Shown here: one piece after another, positions 1 to 12,438 of the stretch
Layout of the letters: every line of letters starts with the position of its first letter
Position numbering within the stretch: the first letter of the stretch is position 1
NCBI GenBank assembly: GCA_000388065.2
Contig: KB932202.1
DNA: 64,000 bases
From: Fonticula alba ATCC 38817
Lineage: Eukaryota; Protista; Nucleariida
Strand: one strand, 5' to 3'
The notes under the pieces: generated by a model
What the model was told of the DNA's origin: nothing
The model's input: only the letters and a program-made list of their open reading frames with translations
Databases searched by the model: none
Position numbers and translations under genes: made by a program

Positions 1-300
1 GCTTCCCAGGGAGGCCTCCCGGTGTGTATTTCGGCGGGGGGGGGGGGGGGGGAGTTCAGATTCGGGCTCGCCAGGCGGGCATCGCGCCGAGGATGCGGGT
101 GGGTCGAACCCCGCGAACTGCGAACGGAGGAGGAATCACAATTCGCACAACCAATTAACAGAACGGATCTACTGAAGGAGAAGGACATTCAACCCTCGCG
201 ATGTGGCTGCTCGAAAGCACAAACCCTAGGGCCGGTGGGTGATCAGCTGCCTGGGAGAATAACGAAGGGAGGAATGTCGTTTATTGTCGGTCGGTTGAGA

Positions 301-1999
301 TCAATCGCTCAGGGAACTGTTTTTGAGAGAATTAACCATCTCTTCGACCGCCTGGCCGGCTCCGCCCTCGGCCCGGCCGCCAGCGTCATCATCTGGCCGG
401 TCGCCAAGGGATGCGGCGGAAATGGCCGCCGCAGCGGCAACAGCCGCGGCAGACGCCACAGCCGGGCTGGCGGCCATGAGCATCTCGATGTCGCACAAGC
501 GACAAGTGTCCGGGCTCATCTGGAGGAGGGTCTGTTGAGGCAGGCGCCCAGCCCGCAGGGCGGGGGCGGCACGGGGAGGGACGTCGTGGGGCAAGGGGGC
601 GGCCGGCGGGGTCAGTGGGGAGCTGGCAATTGTGGGCGGTATTCGGGTCCCCTTCGGCGGGCTTCCCCTCCCCCCGTACCAGGTCCTCGGAGGAGGCGGT
701 CAGCGTGGCCCCCGGCGATGGGCCACGGCACAGGTGGACATCGAACACCGGGTGCGCCAAGGCCTCGCGAGCCGACGGCCTGTCCGCCGGGTTGTACATG
801 AACATGATGTCGATGAGGGTATTGAACTCCTTGCAATCGACCATGGTGCGCTCCGACCAGGGAGGAGGTGTCGGCAGGGGGGTGCCCAGCCTGCGGAGGT
901 AGACATTCCGAAGGCGCTCCTACGTTGGGGAGGGGGTGTTTTTTTTCGAATCAACAACACACACACACACACACCCGAGGGTGCGAAAGGGCAACAGGGG
1001 TGCACGGCGGAGGGGACAAGGGGTCAGCTCGGGGCCCCGCGAGAGGGCGCGCGGCCCGAGGGGAGGGGGGGGGGGGGTTCACGCACAAGCAGGCCATCCA
1101 TGGATGTCGCATAGTCCGGATTGAAGGTGGTCAGCTGGTGCACGTCGTCAGGCAGGCCGGAGGGACGTCGCATGTTGGTGAAGTCGTAGATGGCCCGGAC
1201 TCTCGCGGCCCAGTGGGAAAAGAGGTCGGCGATTTTGAGAACCGAGCCAGTATGGTCTGGGAGCCGGTGGCGAGGGTGCGGCGAGAAAGGAGCGGTCAGT
1301 TCGGGGGAAAGCCCATTCGCCAGGCGGCCCGAGGCGAGGCGAGGCGAGGCGAGGCGAGGCGAGGCAGAAGGCGCGCACCTTTCAGGAGGAAGACCTCGCC
1401 AGTCAGCATCTCCACAATGACGCACGCCAGGGACCAGATGTCCACTGGGGCGTCGGGGAGGAGGCAAAGGCGGGGGAGGGAGGGGGGGACAAGGAAAGCC
1501 GAGGGGCGTCAGAAGTCAACAATACCCGGAGGGTGGCCCGCCAGATGGACGATGACGAACCCTTCTCGGCGTATGGCTTGCTCAGGAGAATCTCCGGGGC
1601 CCGGTAGCTCCGTGTGCCGCGGTATTCACTGGGCGAGAAGTCGTCATCCGGGCTGAGAAAGCAGGTCGAGTCGAAGTCCGAGATCTAGGGCACCACAGGA
1701 GCCAGACACACGAGTCAGAGCGGTGGACATGGGTTGCGGCAGCCAGGCACTTACACGTGCCTTAACGCGAGACAGGCAGTCGGACACCAGGATGTTTGCC
1801 GGCTTGATGTCGCGATGGAAAAACCGGTTGTCGTGGAGATGCTGGGCGGGTGCCGATCGGGGGGGGGNNNNNNNNNNNNNNNNNNNNNNNNNNNNNNNNN
1901 NNNNNNNNNNNNNNNNNNNNNNNNNNNNNNNNNNNNNNNNNNNNNNNNNNNNNNNNNNNNNNNNNNNNNNNNNNNNNNNNNNNNNNNNNNNNNNNNNNN

Positions 2000-2046
<47 letters not shown>

Positions 2047-3493
2047 CGGGGGGGGGGGGGTGGGGGGGGTGGGGGGGGGGGAGGGGGGGGTCAGGGCGCG
2101 TCAGTGCCAGGCATGCGCGCACACAGATACGCCCGCGAGGAGGAGAGGAGCAGGGGTGGGGGGGGGGGGGAGTGCGCCATTTCCGGGAGTTTGCCCGATG
2201 TGAGTCGCCGCACGGGCAGGCGCGCCCATCGCACCTGGAGACCCTGGAGCAAATGCCAGGAGACCCTTAGCACCTGGCGCAGGGGCATTTGGCCATGCTG
2301 CTCTAGGTACCCCTCCAATGAGTGGTCCATCCAGGGGGTAGCAATGAAGCTGAGGTGGGGCGGAAGTCGGCCGGCGCCAAGGTGGCATGGGCGGCAGGAG
2401 GTCCCCGGCAAGAAGTGGTCAGCCGCCAAGCTCCATGGTGAGCATCCAGGTGGGGAGGCGCGTACATTCGCTGGTTGGCCATGAAGGAGGAATGCAGGGA
2501 GTTGAGCTGTGTGCAGGGTCACCCGGCCGTCCCCTCTCGGGGCGAGGAGGGAGCAGAGTGAGTCACAGAATTCGAGGCTGGCAGGGAGTGCCGATGGGCG
2601 GGGGGNNNNNNNNNNNNNNNNNNNNNNNNNNNNNNNNNNNNNNNNNNNNNNNNNNNNNNNNNNNNNNNNNNNNNNNNNNNNNNNNNNNNNNNNNNNNNNN
2701 NNNNNNNNNNNNNNNNNNNNNNNNNNNNNNNNNNNNNNNNNNNNNNNNNNNNNNNNNNNNNNNNNNNNNNNNNNNNNNNNNNNNNNNNNNNNNNNNNNNN
2801 NNNNNNNNNNNNNNNNNNNNNNNNNNNNNNNNNNNNNNNNNNNNNNNNNNNNNNNNNNNNNNNNNNNNNNNNNNNNNNNNNNNNNNNNNNNNNNNNNNNN
2901 NNNNNNNNNNNNNNNNNNNNNNNNNNNNNNNNNNNNNNNNNNNNNNNNNNNNNNNNNNNNNNNNNNNNNNNNNNNNNNNNNNNNNNNNNNGGGGGGGGGG
3001 GGCAGCCGACGTACGAAATCGGACTTCATGTGCTTGAGCACGAAGATCTCCTTGAGCATGGAGAAGAGGACCTTGCTCTCGGGGCTGGGGTTGCGGTAGT
3101 TCTTGAGCGCCAAAATCTGCTCGGTCTCCACACATTGAACCTTGCTGCAGGGGGCGTGTGTGTGTGTGTGTGTGTGGGGGGGGGGGTGAGACGGGACCAC
3201 GCCGTGGGGCGGGGGGACGAAACCAATCCGATGGCCCGCGAGGCAGGAGCAAGGGAGGAGGGGGGAGGGGGAAGGGGAGGAAAAGAAAGGCCGAAAGGCA
3301 CGGCAGGGAGGGAGGCGGCCCCGGATACGCACAGCACCAGGGATTTCTCCTGGGAGTAGATCTCCTCCAAGATGCGATACTTGCGGCTCGGCGAGGTGAT
3401 CACTCCGTTTGAGGAGTTACCGACGGAGATTTCGCTGCCGGGGGCGGCTTCGGGGTGCGAGTCATTTCGCTGGCTGAGGGTGACGGCCGACAT
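301..3493 (-). CDS. Divergent CMGC (MAPK/CDK-like) Ser/Thr protein kinase, 10 exons
   Basis: Hand-spliced, phase-consistent exons: 3333-3493, 3015-3144, 2466-2506, 2235-2349, 1761(or 1755)-1841, 1561-1684, 1379-1444, 1087-1256, 680-919, 301-531. Translation has ALK, KEI, HRDIKPANILV, ISDFD, SEYRGTRSYRAPEILL, VDIWSLACVIVEMLTG and RPSAREALAHP. Stop TGA at 301-303. Confidence 0.85.
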
Positions 3494-4378
3494 GTCTCAC
3501 GGGGGAGGGCCTCCCGCGAGGGGGGTGACTCGGGGCGCTGGCACGTAGCGGAGCGAGGCGGTGGGGAGGCCGAGGCGCTGGAGGCGACGCGTCGGCGCGG
3601 GCGGCAGCGGGGCGGATGCAAGGCGTCGGGGACAGGGCAGGATGCTGGCGGCGGGCGGGCAGGCAGGCGAGCGAAGGAGGGATGAGTCGGTGGGCTGGCG
3701 CCATTCGGCGGAGTGGCGATCTGAAAAAAGTCCTTCCACCCAGATCTCAGACCCCGGGGGGGAGAGGAGGACGGGGCTGGAGAAGTGGCGCCCAGACTCT
3801 CGACCGAATGTCCCTGCAGAGGGTGACAGAAAGAGGCAGAGAAGCCCACTCGCTTACAGACCGTGCGCGCGCGCGCGCGCGAGGGAGATGGAGATGCTGT
3901 ATATTGGGCGAGTGTGTCGCCAGGGGGGGGGGGGGGAGTACGTGGAGAGCATGCGAAGGAGATGTTTGATGTGCCGGCGAGAGTGGTGTTCGCCCGGACG
4001 AATGGGCATGAATTGGCTGTTGCGCCAGTGAGCCTCATTTTGGCAATCGAGGGCCGGAGGGCGCGCCGGCCGTGGGCGTGGCGAGAGCCAGCCAGAAGGC
4101 GGGGGAAGGGCCGGCGGGGGAGCAGAGCGCCCGAGAGGAGGAGGCACAGGCGCACACACATGCAAAGAGGGAGGGTGTACTGTATATTGGGGAACTGACT
4201 TGAGGGGCAGGGAGCCTCAGAGGGAGAGTGAGGGCGGGCATGTATTTGGGCGTCGGGCCACGACGGCGAGATCGGGGTCCTCTTTGATCTTCTTCTTTCT
4301 CCTTTCGCCACACCTGGGGCAGGGGACAAAGCAACATGGGGCGCGCGCGCTCGGGCGGCGCCCGGTCCATGACGGCGT

Positions 4379-5467
4379 CTAGTTCGTGGCGGCCGAGGCG
4401 GCAGCCTGGCGGGCCTCCTTGGCCATGCGGCTCTCGTACTCGATCTCGAAGGCCTTGGCCTGCATGAACTCCACAAGGACTGGGCAGCAAAGGCAAATGG
4501 GTGAGCATGGGCGGGGTGTGAATGTGGCGAGTTGGACAATCATCAAGAGAGAGAGAGAGGGGGGGGGGAGCGAGGGCGACAATCGCGCACCCTGCATGTT
4601 CTGCTGGGCCTGCTGGATGCTGGCGTTAAGCTGAGCCAGCTCGGCATCCAGCATGGCGTCCTTGCGCTCATAGTAAGAGGCGGCCTGAGTGACAGACTGC
4701 GAGGCCGGAGGGGGGTCGGGGTCAGCAATCGGCGCTGTAGATGCGGGGCAGCGGGCATATCCATGCGCACACGCGCAGGAGCACAGGAATGAACATGTTT
4801 TGCAAAAAAAAATAATAATATGTGTGGTGCGAGGGGGAGCCATACCATCTTGATGAAGTAGTCAGTGCCGACGTCGACGAGGACGTGGTTGACATCGGTC
4901 AGGGTGCCCGGAACGTAGAGCTTTTGCGGGGACAGAAGGAGAGGGTGAGTGGCCAGGGCGGGGGGATATCATTGCGGGTGTAGCTCGGGGGGGGATTCAC
5001 AAGAAAGCCCGCCCAGGGAAAGAGGGCGTACAGAGGTGGTGATCGGGAGCATGATGTTCTTGTCTGCAGCGGGAAGCAACGGAGCGAGCGGGGACAGGGG
5101 AGAGCCAGGAGGGTGGAATGTCAGTGGTGAGTAGGGGGCAGCAAGCTGCAGCGAGTGGGGAGGTGCCCCGGGCGCACCCTTGTTGTCGGGCTTCATGACC
5201 GACAGGGCGGCGGCCGAGGAGAGGAAGCGCATCTTCGACTCGCGCAGGACCGAGTAGGAGCTGGTCAGCATGTTGATCTCCTGCGGAAGGAGGACGATGG
5301 GGAGCAGAGGGTTAGTTAGACGAGGAAAAGCCCCCCCTCTCAAGGGGGGGGGGAGGGGGGGCGAAGGAGGCTGAAGGACTGCGAACCTGGGACATCTGGC
5401 GCTGGGCCTCCTGCAGCTGACCGAGAGTCAGACGGCTGAGGTCGAAATCCTGGATGGAGGTGGCCAT
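4379..5467 (-). CDS. PFDN5: Prefoldin subunit 5 (alpha-type)
   Basis: Exons 5387-5467, 5178-5280, 5032-5063, 4846-4920, 4591-4696, 4379-4479. MATSIQDFDLSRLTLGQLQEAQ...NIMLPITTS|LYVPGTLTDVNHVLVDVGTDYFIKM matches the PFDN5/Gim5 signature (ILVPLTSSxYVPG...VLIDVGTGYY). Confidence 0.92.
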
Positions 5468-6052
5468 TATGACACTGTGGACCGGCGAGGGTGGCGACGA
5501 GACATGTGTGCATGTGTGCGTGTGTGTGTGAGAGAGAGATACTCAGAAGGAGGGTGGGCGAAGGGGGGACGGGGCGGGGGGGGGGGAGGGAGAGGGAGAG
5601 AGAGAGAGGGAGGGAGGCGCGGGCATACGTGGGAGGGAGGTCTGGCTGGGGCAGGGGAGAAGGGCAGACAGGGGAGGGGGGAGGAAAGGGGAAGAGGTGG
5701 TCTGCCGAGGGCGGCGGGCGGCGGACGCTGCATGGCGGCCTCCCAAGAACTCGGGCGAGGACCTGCGCATCGGCTGGCGGGGCCCTCCCCCCGCGCGAAA
5801 CAATGTGCGTTGCCAATGCGCGCGCGCGCGCGCGACGGGGCGGCGAGACGCCAGAGCGTGGGCACTAGTAGGGTGGCACCTCGGGCCGCCGTAGTCCTAT
5901 CCTCGTTCGAGGCCTGCCTGGGTGGACGAAGTTCGAGGGGGGGGGGGGGGACATGCCACGGTCGCAAGGCATGTTGAATTCCCGCGCTGGCTTCGCCCCC
6001 ATGGAAGCAGTCCCAGCTGTTGTACGCTAGTGGGCCGCAGTGCCTAGGTATG

Positions 6053-6055
<3 letters not shown>

Positions 6056-6092
<37 letters not shown>

Positions 6093-6392
6093 GGATGGCC
6101 TTTTTGATGATGTGTTTTCAATGTATTTATTTCACCAGGCAAGGCACCGCCCCCCAGCTTACATAGACCGCGGGGCAGGGTCGTTGACCACCCGAGCGGC
6201 CAGACGTTCGGTCTCGGCGCGCTGCTCATTGCGGTACTTGACGAGGGCCAGCTCGTCATTGTGCTCGCTTTCCTGGCGACGGCGCTGCAAGCGGATGGCA
6301 CGCTGGGAAAGGCGTCCAGAGAGAGCTGTGAGGCGGTCCATCTCGGCCTTGAGGGCCAGCAGTCTGGCGGTCTGTGGCCCGGCATCTTGGAG

Positions 6393-6432
<40 letters not shown>
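6056..6432. repeat. (TG/CA)n microsatellites, representative of many in introns and UTRs
   Basis: Runs at 6056-6090 and 6394-6432. Similar runs occur near 3157, 12145, 37791, 40735, 49680 and 59478. Confidence 0.9.
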
Positions 6433-6436
<4 letters not shown>

Positions 6437-7233
6437 AGGCACGCATGCAAGTATGGATGGGTGTGCATCCTGGGATATATGCACATGTGTGAAGGAACAA
6501 ATGCGTCGGAGGGGGAGCGAAGAGAGGCGGCGCGGTTTGAAGAAAAAATGGCCAGGATGGTGGGGGCGGAGGAGAAAAAAAAAGAGCACGGGCATGACAC
6601 ATACGGCCTTTTTGACCTCGGGCGGAAAGGCCGAGCGGGTGGGATCCGCGGCGTCTCCCCAGCGGGCTGACGCCTGGCGGAGCTCCTCCAGCAACGCAAG
6701 CTGGCTGGATCTGAGGGGGGGGGGGAGAGGGTCAGCATGTTGACAGGAGGCGGGGAAAGAGCCGGCCCAGGACGCCGCCGCGGCCACCTTCGGTGTGGGA
6801 TACGTCGGCCCCAAGGAGGGACAGAGGGGAGGCCAGGGGGGGGGGGGACGCACTCAAGTTCGGAGATCATGGATGAGGCGTCACGAATCAGCGGGAACAC
6901 TTGGGACACCAGCAGCTCCGGCATGGTTGTGGGCAGGGGGACCGCCGGAGGCGCAGGCTGAGGAGCAACCGCGAGCGCAGCCGCCGGATCGGGCAGCGCC
7001 TGGCCATCGGGCGCATGCTGCGCCGGCGAGGACGACGAGCTGGTCTCCGGGGCAGCATCATCGGCGGGATCCCCTTGCACTGGCGGGTCGCCAGTCAGGC
7101 GGTCTTGCCCGCCGGCAGGGCTCGAGGCGGCCAGCAGGGTGGAGCTCTCGTCTCCGGGCAGGGCCGATGAGGGAAGCTGCTCGGCGTCGGCCTCACCCTT
7201 GAGGATCCTCTTGCGGCCAGTACGCTTGGACAT
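6159..7233 (-). CDS. BLOC1S6: BLOC-1 subunit 6 (pallidin)-like coiled-coil protein
   Basis: Exons 6854-7233, 6605-6710, 6159-6392. LLVSQVFPLIRDASSMISELESSQLALLEELRQ and ARLLALKAEMDRLTALSGRLSQRAIRLQRRRQ line up by eye with pallidin (LLSHYLPDL...ELTQNQVVLLDTLEQ; AKLVNIRKEM...LKKRALKLQQKRQ). The N-terminus is disordered. Confidence 0.75.
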
Positions 7234-8021
7234 CTGGAGCTGTGATAACAGGGGCAGTGGAGGGCGACCGGGGAGGGGGAGGGGGGACGAGGAGAAGGAG
7301 AAAAGGGCTGGAGGCAGAGAGAAGCCGAGAAAGAGGGAAAGAGGGGAGGAAGCCGCAGGTCTGACTTGCCTCCGTCTCCCGGCGGCAGGTCCGCCCGACA
7401 AGCCAATCGAAAAACCGCGCCCCATCCCCGATGATCGGCCTTGCCCTGTCCCATCGACGCTGGCTCCGGAACGCTGGGCATGCCCTCCCCCCCCNNNNNN
7501 NNNNNNNNNNNNNNNNNNNNNNNNNNNNNNNNNNNNNNNNNNNNNNNNNNNNNNNNNNNNNNNNNNNNNNNNNNNNNNNNNNNNNNNNNNNNNNNNNNNN
7601 NNNNNNNNNNNNNNNNNNNNNNNNNNNNNNNNNNNNNNNNNNNNNNNNNNNNNNNNNNNNNNNNNNNNNNNNNCCCCCCCGCCCGGTTCTCCCGTCCCCG
7701 CGGTTCCCTGCCCCGGACTTGAACCATGGCCGGCAAGGCGCGCGCACGGCCCCCGGCACACCCGGGCCCGGCGCATCCGGCACGGGCTCCGGCGCGGGCT
7801 GCCAACGATTCGCGTTGATTCTGCCGCCCAACATGTGCCGGGCAGGCCCCAGGCGTAGGTCCCATTTCGGCAGCCAGATCGCCGCACCCTCGCGGGCCCG
7901 GGGCGCGGGTCTCTGCCAGACAAAGCCCCTCGGCCGCTGCTCGGCCGCCACCACTTCCGTCACTGCCCTCTCCTGCCTTTTTTTTTTTCGCCCCTCTCCC
8001 TCGAACCTCCCTTCCCTCCTC

Positions 8022-8070
<49 letters not shown>

Positions 8071-8093
8071 TTGCCCTTCCCCGGCGCACATCC
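7234..8093. promoter_or_regulatory. Probable divergent promoter region between BLOC1S6 (-) and SLC25A38 (+), partly a gap
   Basis: Head-to-head starts ~860 bp apart. Inferred from geometry only. Confidence 0.4.
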
Positions 8094-9627
8094 ATGAGTG
8101 TCGCCCCGAGCGGCCCGGCCACAGACACCGGATCTCATGCCCGGCAAACCCTGGCGGCGCTGGTGTCCGGCGGCGCCGCGTCGCTGGTCTCATGCCTGCT
8201 CTTCCAGCCTCTGGACTTGCTGAAAACCCGCCTGCAGCAGCCGGTCCCCGGGGCGCTGTCGCCCCGGCCGGGCAATGCGCCGGCCGGTGCTTCGGCCATG
8301 GCAGCCAGCGGGCCCCGGCCGCCGAGCAGCATCTCCCAGGTGTCGAGGGAGATCCTGCGAACGCACGGGCCGGCCGGGTTCTGGCGCGGCTCGCTGGCCA
8401 CGGTGTTGCGCACGGTCCCCGGGTCGGCGCTCTACTTCGGGGCTCTGCGATTGGGCCGCAGCCGGCTGGACGCCCTGGCGGCCGGGGCACTGCAGCCGGC
8501 GTGCAGTGCATGCCTGGCAGCCGACGCCCCGGCGACCGGGGGCCTGGCCAGATCACGGCGCAGCTGGCCAGCCACCCAGCAAGGCGCCGCGTGTGTCCTC
8601 TGCACGCGGCCCGTGGGACCCGGGGCACTGAGTGTCTTCCTGCCGGAGGGGGCCCTCTCGGATGTGCTTCTCCGGAGTTCTCAGCAGGAGCTTGACCTGG
8701 CTTTGGCATTTGCGGCGCGATCCACCATCGCCGGGCTCCTGAATCCGGTGTCCGTGGTGAAAGCGCGTTTCGAGGTATGCCCGGGTGCTGTCGGGCGCGG
8801 GTTCCCCGCCGGCCCACCTTCCCGCCCGTGATCCTGTCCTGCTTCGCCCCCCCCCCTTTGCCTTGCACCTCTCCTTCTCTCATCGCCCCCCTCAATCCGC
8901 CTTCTTGGTCCTCCTCACTCACTCCATGGCGGGTCAGAGCAACTACTATGCATATCGGTCGCTCGGGGAGGCGATGCGGGCATTGCTGGCCTCCGAGGGC
9001 CCGCGCGGGTGGCTGCGTGGACTCGGGGCCACGGTTGCACGCGATGCCCCATACAGTGCCCTGTACTACTCGACGTACCGCTCCCTGCAGGGGGCCAGCC
9101 AGCATGCGCTTGCCGCGCGCGATGGTACGCCGGATCACACTCGCTTCTCGGGCCTCGGGGTCTGTCCGGCCAATGGTGCTAATCGCCCTGGCCCTCTTCC
9201 CCCCTCCCCTCCCTCTCCCTCTCTCTCCTTGTCTGCTTGGGATGCAGTGGATATCCCAGCACCGGTGCGGAACTTCGCGTGCGGCGTGGCAGCCGGTGCG
9301 CTGGCCACGGCCTTGACACACCCCTTTGACGTGGTGAAGACGCGCGCGCAGCTGGCCCCGGGGGCCTATCCCAACTCCCTGCGCGCGCTGCTATCGTTGG
9401 CCACGGCGCCGGACATGGGGTTCCTGGAGGTGGGGCGCGCAGCGGCCGGGCGGCTGGGCCTGCCCGGCTCGGTGTCCGGGCCGGCGGCGCAGGCGTACGC
9501 CATCTGTCGGACGGCATTCTCCGGGCTGGCCCCGCGCTTGGCTCGAAAGAGCCTGCAAACGGCCCTCACCTGGACCCTGTTCGAGGAGATCACTCGGCTG
9601 GTGAACCGGCTGGCGGCCTCCTCCTGA
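8094..9627 (+). CDS. SLC25A38: Mitochondrial carrier, glycine transporter SLC25A38/Hem25-like
   Basis: Exons 8094-8774 and 8938-9627, with a probable extra in-frame intron at 9125-9247. Three carrier signatures: QPLDLLKTRLQQ, NPVSVVKARFE|S, HPFDVVKTRAQ. GLGATVARDAPYSALY and RLARKSLQTALTWTLFEE are typical of the SLC25A38 subfamily. Confidence 0.85.
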
Positions 9628-12137
9628 GGATGCTGGCGACCCCTGGGCCTCTGTCCTCCTCACCCGGTGCTGGTGCCTGGATTGAGAGCAGCAGCAGCAA
9701 CGAGGGAGATGGAACGCGGCAGAAGGACGCGCGGCCGTGACTGCACAATAGATTGTTAGATTTTTCGGGGGTCGTGTTTTTTGGTGATGGTGTTTTTTTT
9801 TTCCCCCTCGTGGAAGTCTCGCGGCGTGCAAGCACGTTCTTGCCGGCCGCCGGGGGGGGGTACGTACGGCGAAGTGGTCTCGGGCGGGGGGTGCTGGTGA
9901 TCGGGGGCTATCGAGATCTGCAATGAAAGCACTGCGGCTAAGTGCGGCAGGGCCGGCGGGGNNNNNNNNNNNNNNNNNNNNNNNNNNNNNNNNNNNNNNN
10001 NNNNNNNNNNNNNNNNNNNNNNNNNNNNNNNNNNNNNNNNNNNNNNNNNNNNNNNNNNNNNNNNNNNNNNNNNNNNNNNNNNNNNNNNNNNNNNNNNNNN
10101 NNNNNNNNNNNNNNNNNNNNNNNNNNNNNNNNNNNNNNNNNNNNNNNNNNNNNNNNNNNNNNNNNNNNNNNNNNNNNNNNNNNNNNNNNNNNNNNNNNNN
10201 NNNNNNNNNNNNNNNNNNNNNNNNNNNNNNNNNNNNNNNNNNNNNNNNNNNNNNNNNNNNNNNNNNNNNNNNNNNNNNNNNNNNNNNNNNNNNNNNNNNN
10301 NNNNNNNNNNNNNNNNNNNNNNNNNNNNNNNNNNNNNNNNNNNNNNNNNNNGGGGGGGGCACTCCCAGTAACGGGAGACACCTCCTTGTCGTGTGTATTC
10401 CCGGTGTTGTTGGCAAGAATGTCGGGCCCGGGCGGCGGCGGCGGCGGCGGCGCCGATCGGGTTCCGCGCGGAAATGCTCCAAACAGAATGTGTCACTTTC
10501 GGCGTCGCCGTGTGTTGCCTGGCCCGGGGGGGGGGGGTGCATGTGGGCAGGAGGCGGCCGCTCGCGCTCTCTCGGCTCGGTCGGTCGCGCGTGCGTGCGC
10601 GCGCCGGTCCACCTCTTTCGCGAACACACCTGCCCCCGGGGGACGCCCGCCGGGCCGGGGGTGTGCGGCCGACACCGGGCGCCCGGGTGGCGGCTGTGCA
10701 CGGGCGCGGAGGGGGGGGGGAGATTTGTATGGCGCTCCCGGTCGCCGCGCCCTTGGGCGGAGAAAACAGCAGCCCGACTCTGGTCGCTTGGCCGCCCAGA
10801 GCAGCCCTGGGGGGGCAGGGGGCGATCTCCCCCGGCTCCTGAACTGGCCGTGCCTCGGCCGGACGCCGGGACGGCGGCGGGGGCGGGACATGCTTTTCGG
10901 TCTGTCCCCGCCCGGCAGACGGGGAAACCGCTGGACGCGACATTTGTCGTGTTCACGCGCAGCAGCGGGGCCGCCTTCGTCCCTGCCTGCCCTTCGGCCT
11001 GGGGGTCCTGGTTCTCTCTCTCGCCAGCTCGGTCGGCGGGGCTAGCTCCGAGGGTGGCTCACCGGGCGAGCCCGCGCCGGCCGGTCGGCCTGCCGCGCAT
11101 TGTCCCCGGGCGTGGGCGAAAGAATGCGAGGCATGAGCGCGCGCGCGCGCGCGCGCCCGCTGGCCCGCCGGCCTGTCTTACCCTTCTGTCCCTCGGCCTG
11201 CTCCGCCCCCTGGGACTTGGGTGGGCGGGCGTGAACAACGCGTTTGTGGGCCTGGCGGCACCTCGGGGACCTGCCGATGGGGGGAAGAGGGCCGGGTGGG
11301 GTTGACAACCGCCACCCGGCCGGGGGGGGGGGAAGGGGGGCGAGGGCACGGACCGCAGCGCCCCCTAGTCGCCCCGACCCCCGGCACGCAGGGGCCTGGA
11401 GGTGGTTGAGGACCGCGGGCGGCCACGCACCGGGCCGGAGAGCTGGCACCAGCGCCCCGGAAAGGGCGCGGACTCCCCGGGTCCGACCGGGGCAGGGCAC
11501 AGCTGGCAGCACCATCGCCGCTGCCGGCACTGGCCGTCGTCCTTGCTGCCCCCCCACCCTCGGGGAGGCAGGGGCGGGGGGGGGGGCGGGGGGGGTGCCA
11601 GAGTACGCCACCCGCGGCCCTGTGGCCAAAGGGCGTGCATTCTCCACCCCCCCCCCCCCCCCCCCCCTGGCCGGGGGGCTGTACAGCCGCCGGGAATGGA
11701 TGGGCCTTCGCCGAAGCGCGCGGGCTGGTTGGCGCGCCGCAGCGGCGAGCCACACCATCGCGCTGGCAGCCCCCATCACCCCGGGCCCCGGGGAGCGGCC
11801 GGCCGGCGTCGGTGCGCCCCGCCACCCGGCGGGCACATTCAAAGCGCCTGAGGCTGATCGCCGGCCGGCCGTTCGCCGACGCCGCGGCACTGCTTTTCTC
11901 CCCGTTCCCCCCTCCCCTCCTCTCTTCCCCGCCCCCCCCCCCCCTCCGCCGCACCTGCACCCGCATCCTTTCCCCCCGCTCGCCGCTCGCCTGCGCCGGC
12001 CCTGACCGCGCCCCGCGATCCCTGGGGGCCAACACCCGCCTCCCGGCGCCGCACGCCCCCTCCCCCCTCCCATCCTTCTCTCCCCCTCGGGCGGTAGCGT
12101 GTGAGCGCGAGCGCGTGTGTCTGTATCTGTATCTCTG

Positions 12138-12169
<32 letters not shown>

Positions 12170-12438
12170 CGTGCGTGCGTGCGTGAGTGTGTGGGTGTAG
12201 TTTGTGAGCGCGCATGTGTTCACGCACTGCCTGTGTGTCTCCCCGCCCTCCGCCCCACTCCCCGGCTGTCCTGCCGCCGGCGCCACACGTTGACTCCCGG
12301 CTCTCCGGCCCTCAGTCAGCCCCCCCCCCCCTCTCTCTCTCTCTCTTTCCACCTCCACCCCCCATCTCTCGCCCCTTGCTTGTCCATCCCCCCGCCCCCC
12401 ACCTCGCCCGGCCGCCTTCTCTCCCTGCCTGAGGCAAC

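Noticed and set aside
301-3493. Calling the DFD kinase an MNK
   Set aside because: YRAPE, the SEY segment, the CMGC-like insert and the C-lobe motifs point to the CMGC group rather than CAMK/MNK.
9630-12438. ORFs in the interval between SLC25A38 and the giant gene
   Set aside because: Low-complexity, interrupted by a gap and microsatellites, with no recognisable motifs. Probably UTR, promoter or intron.
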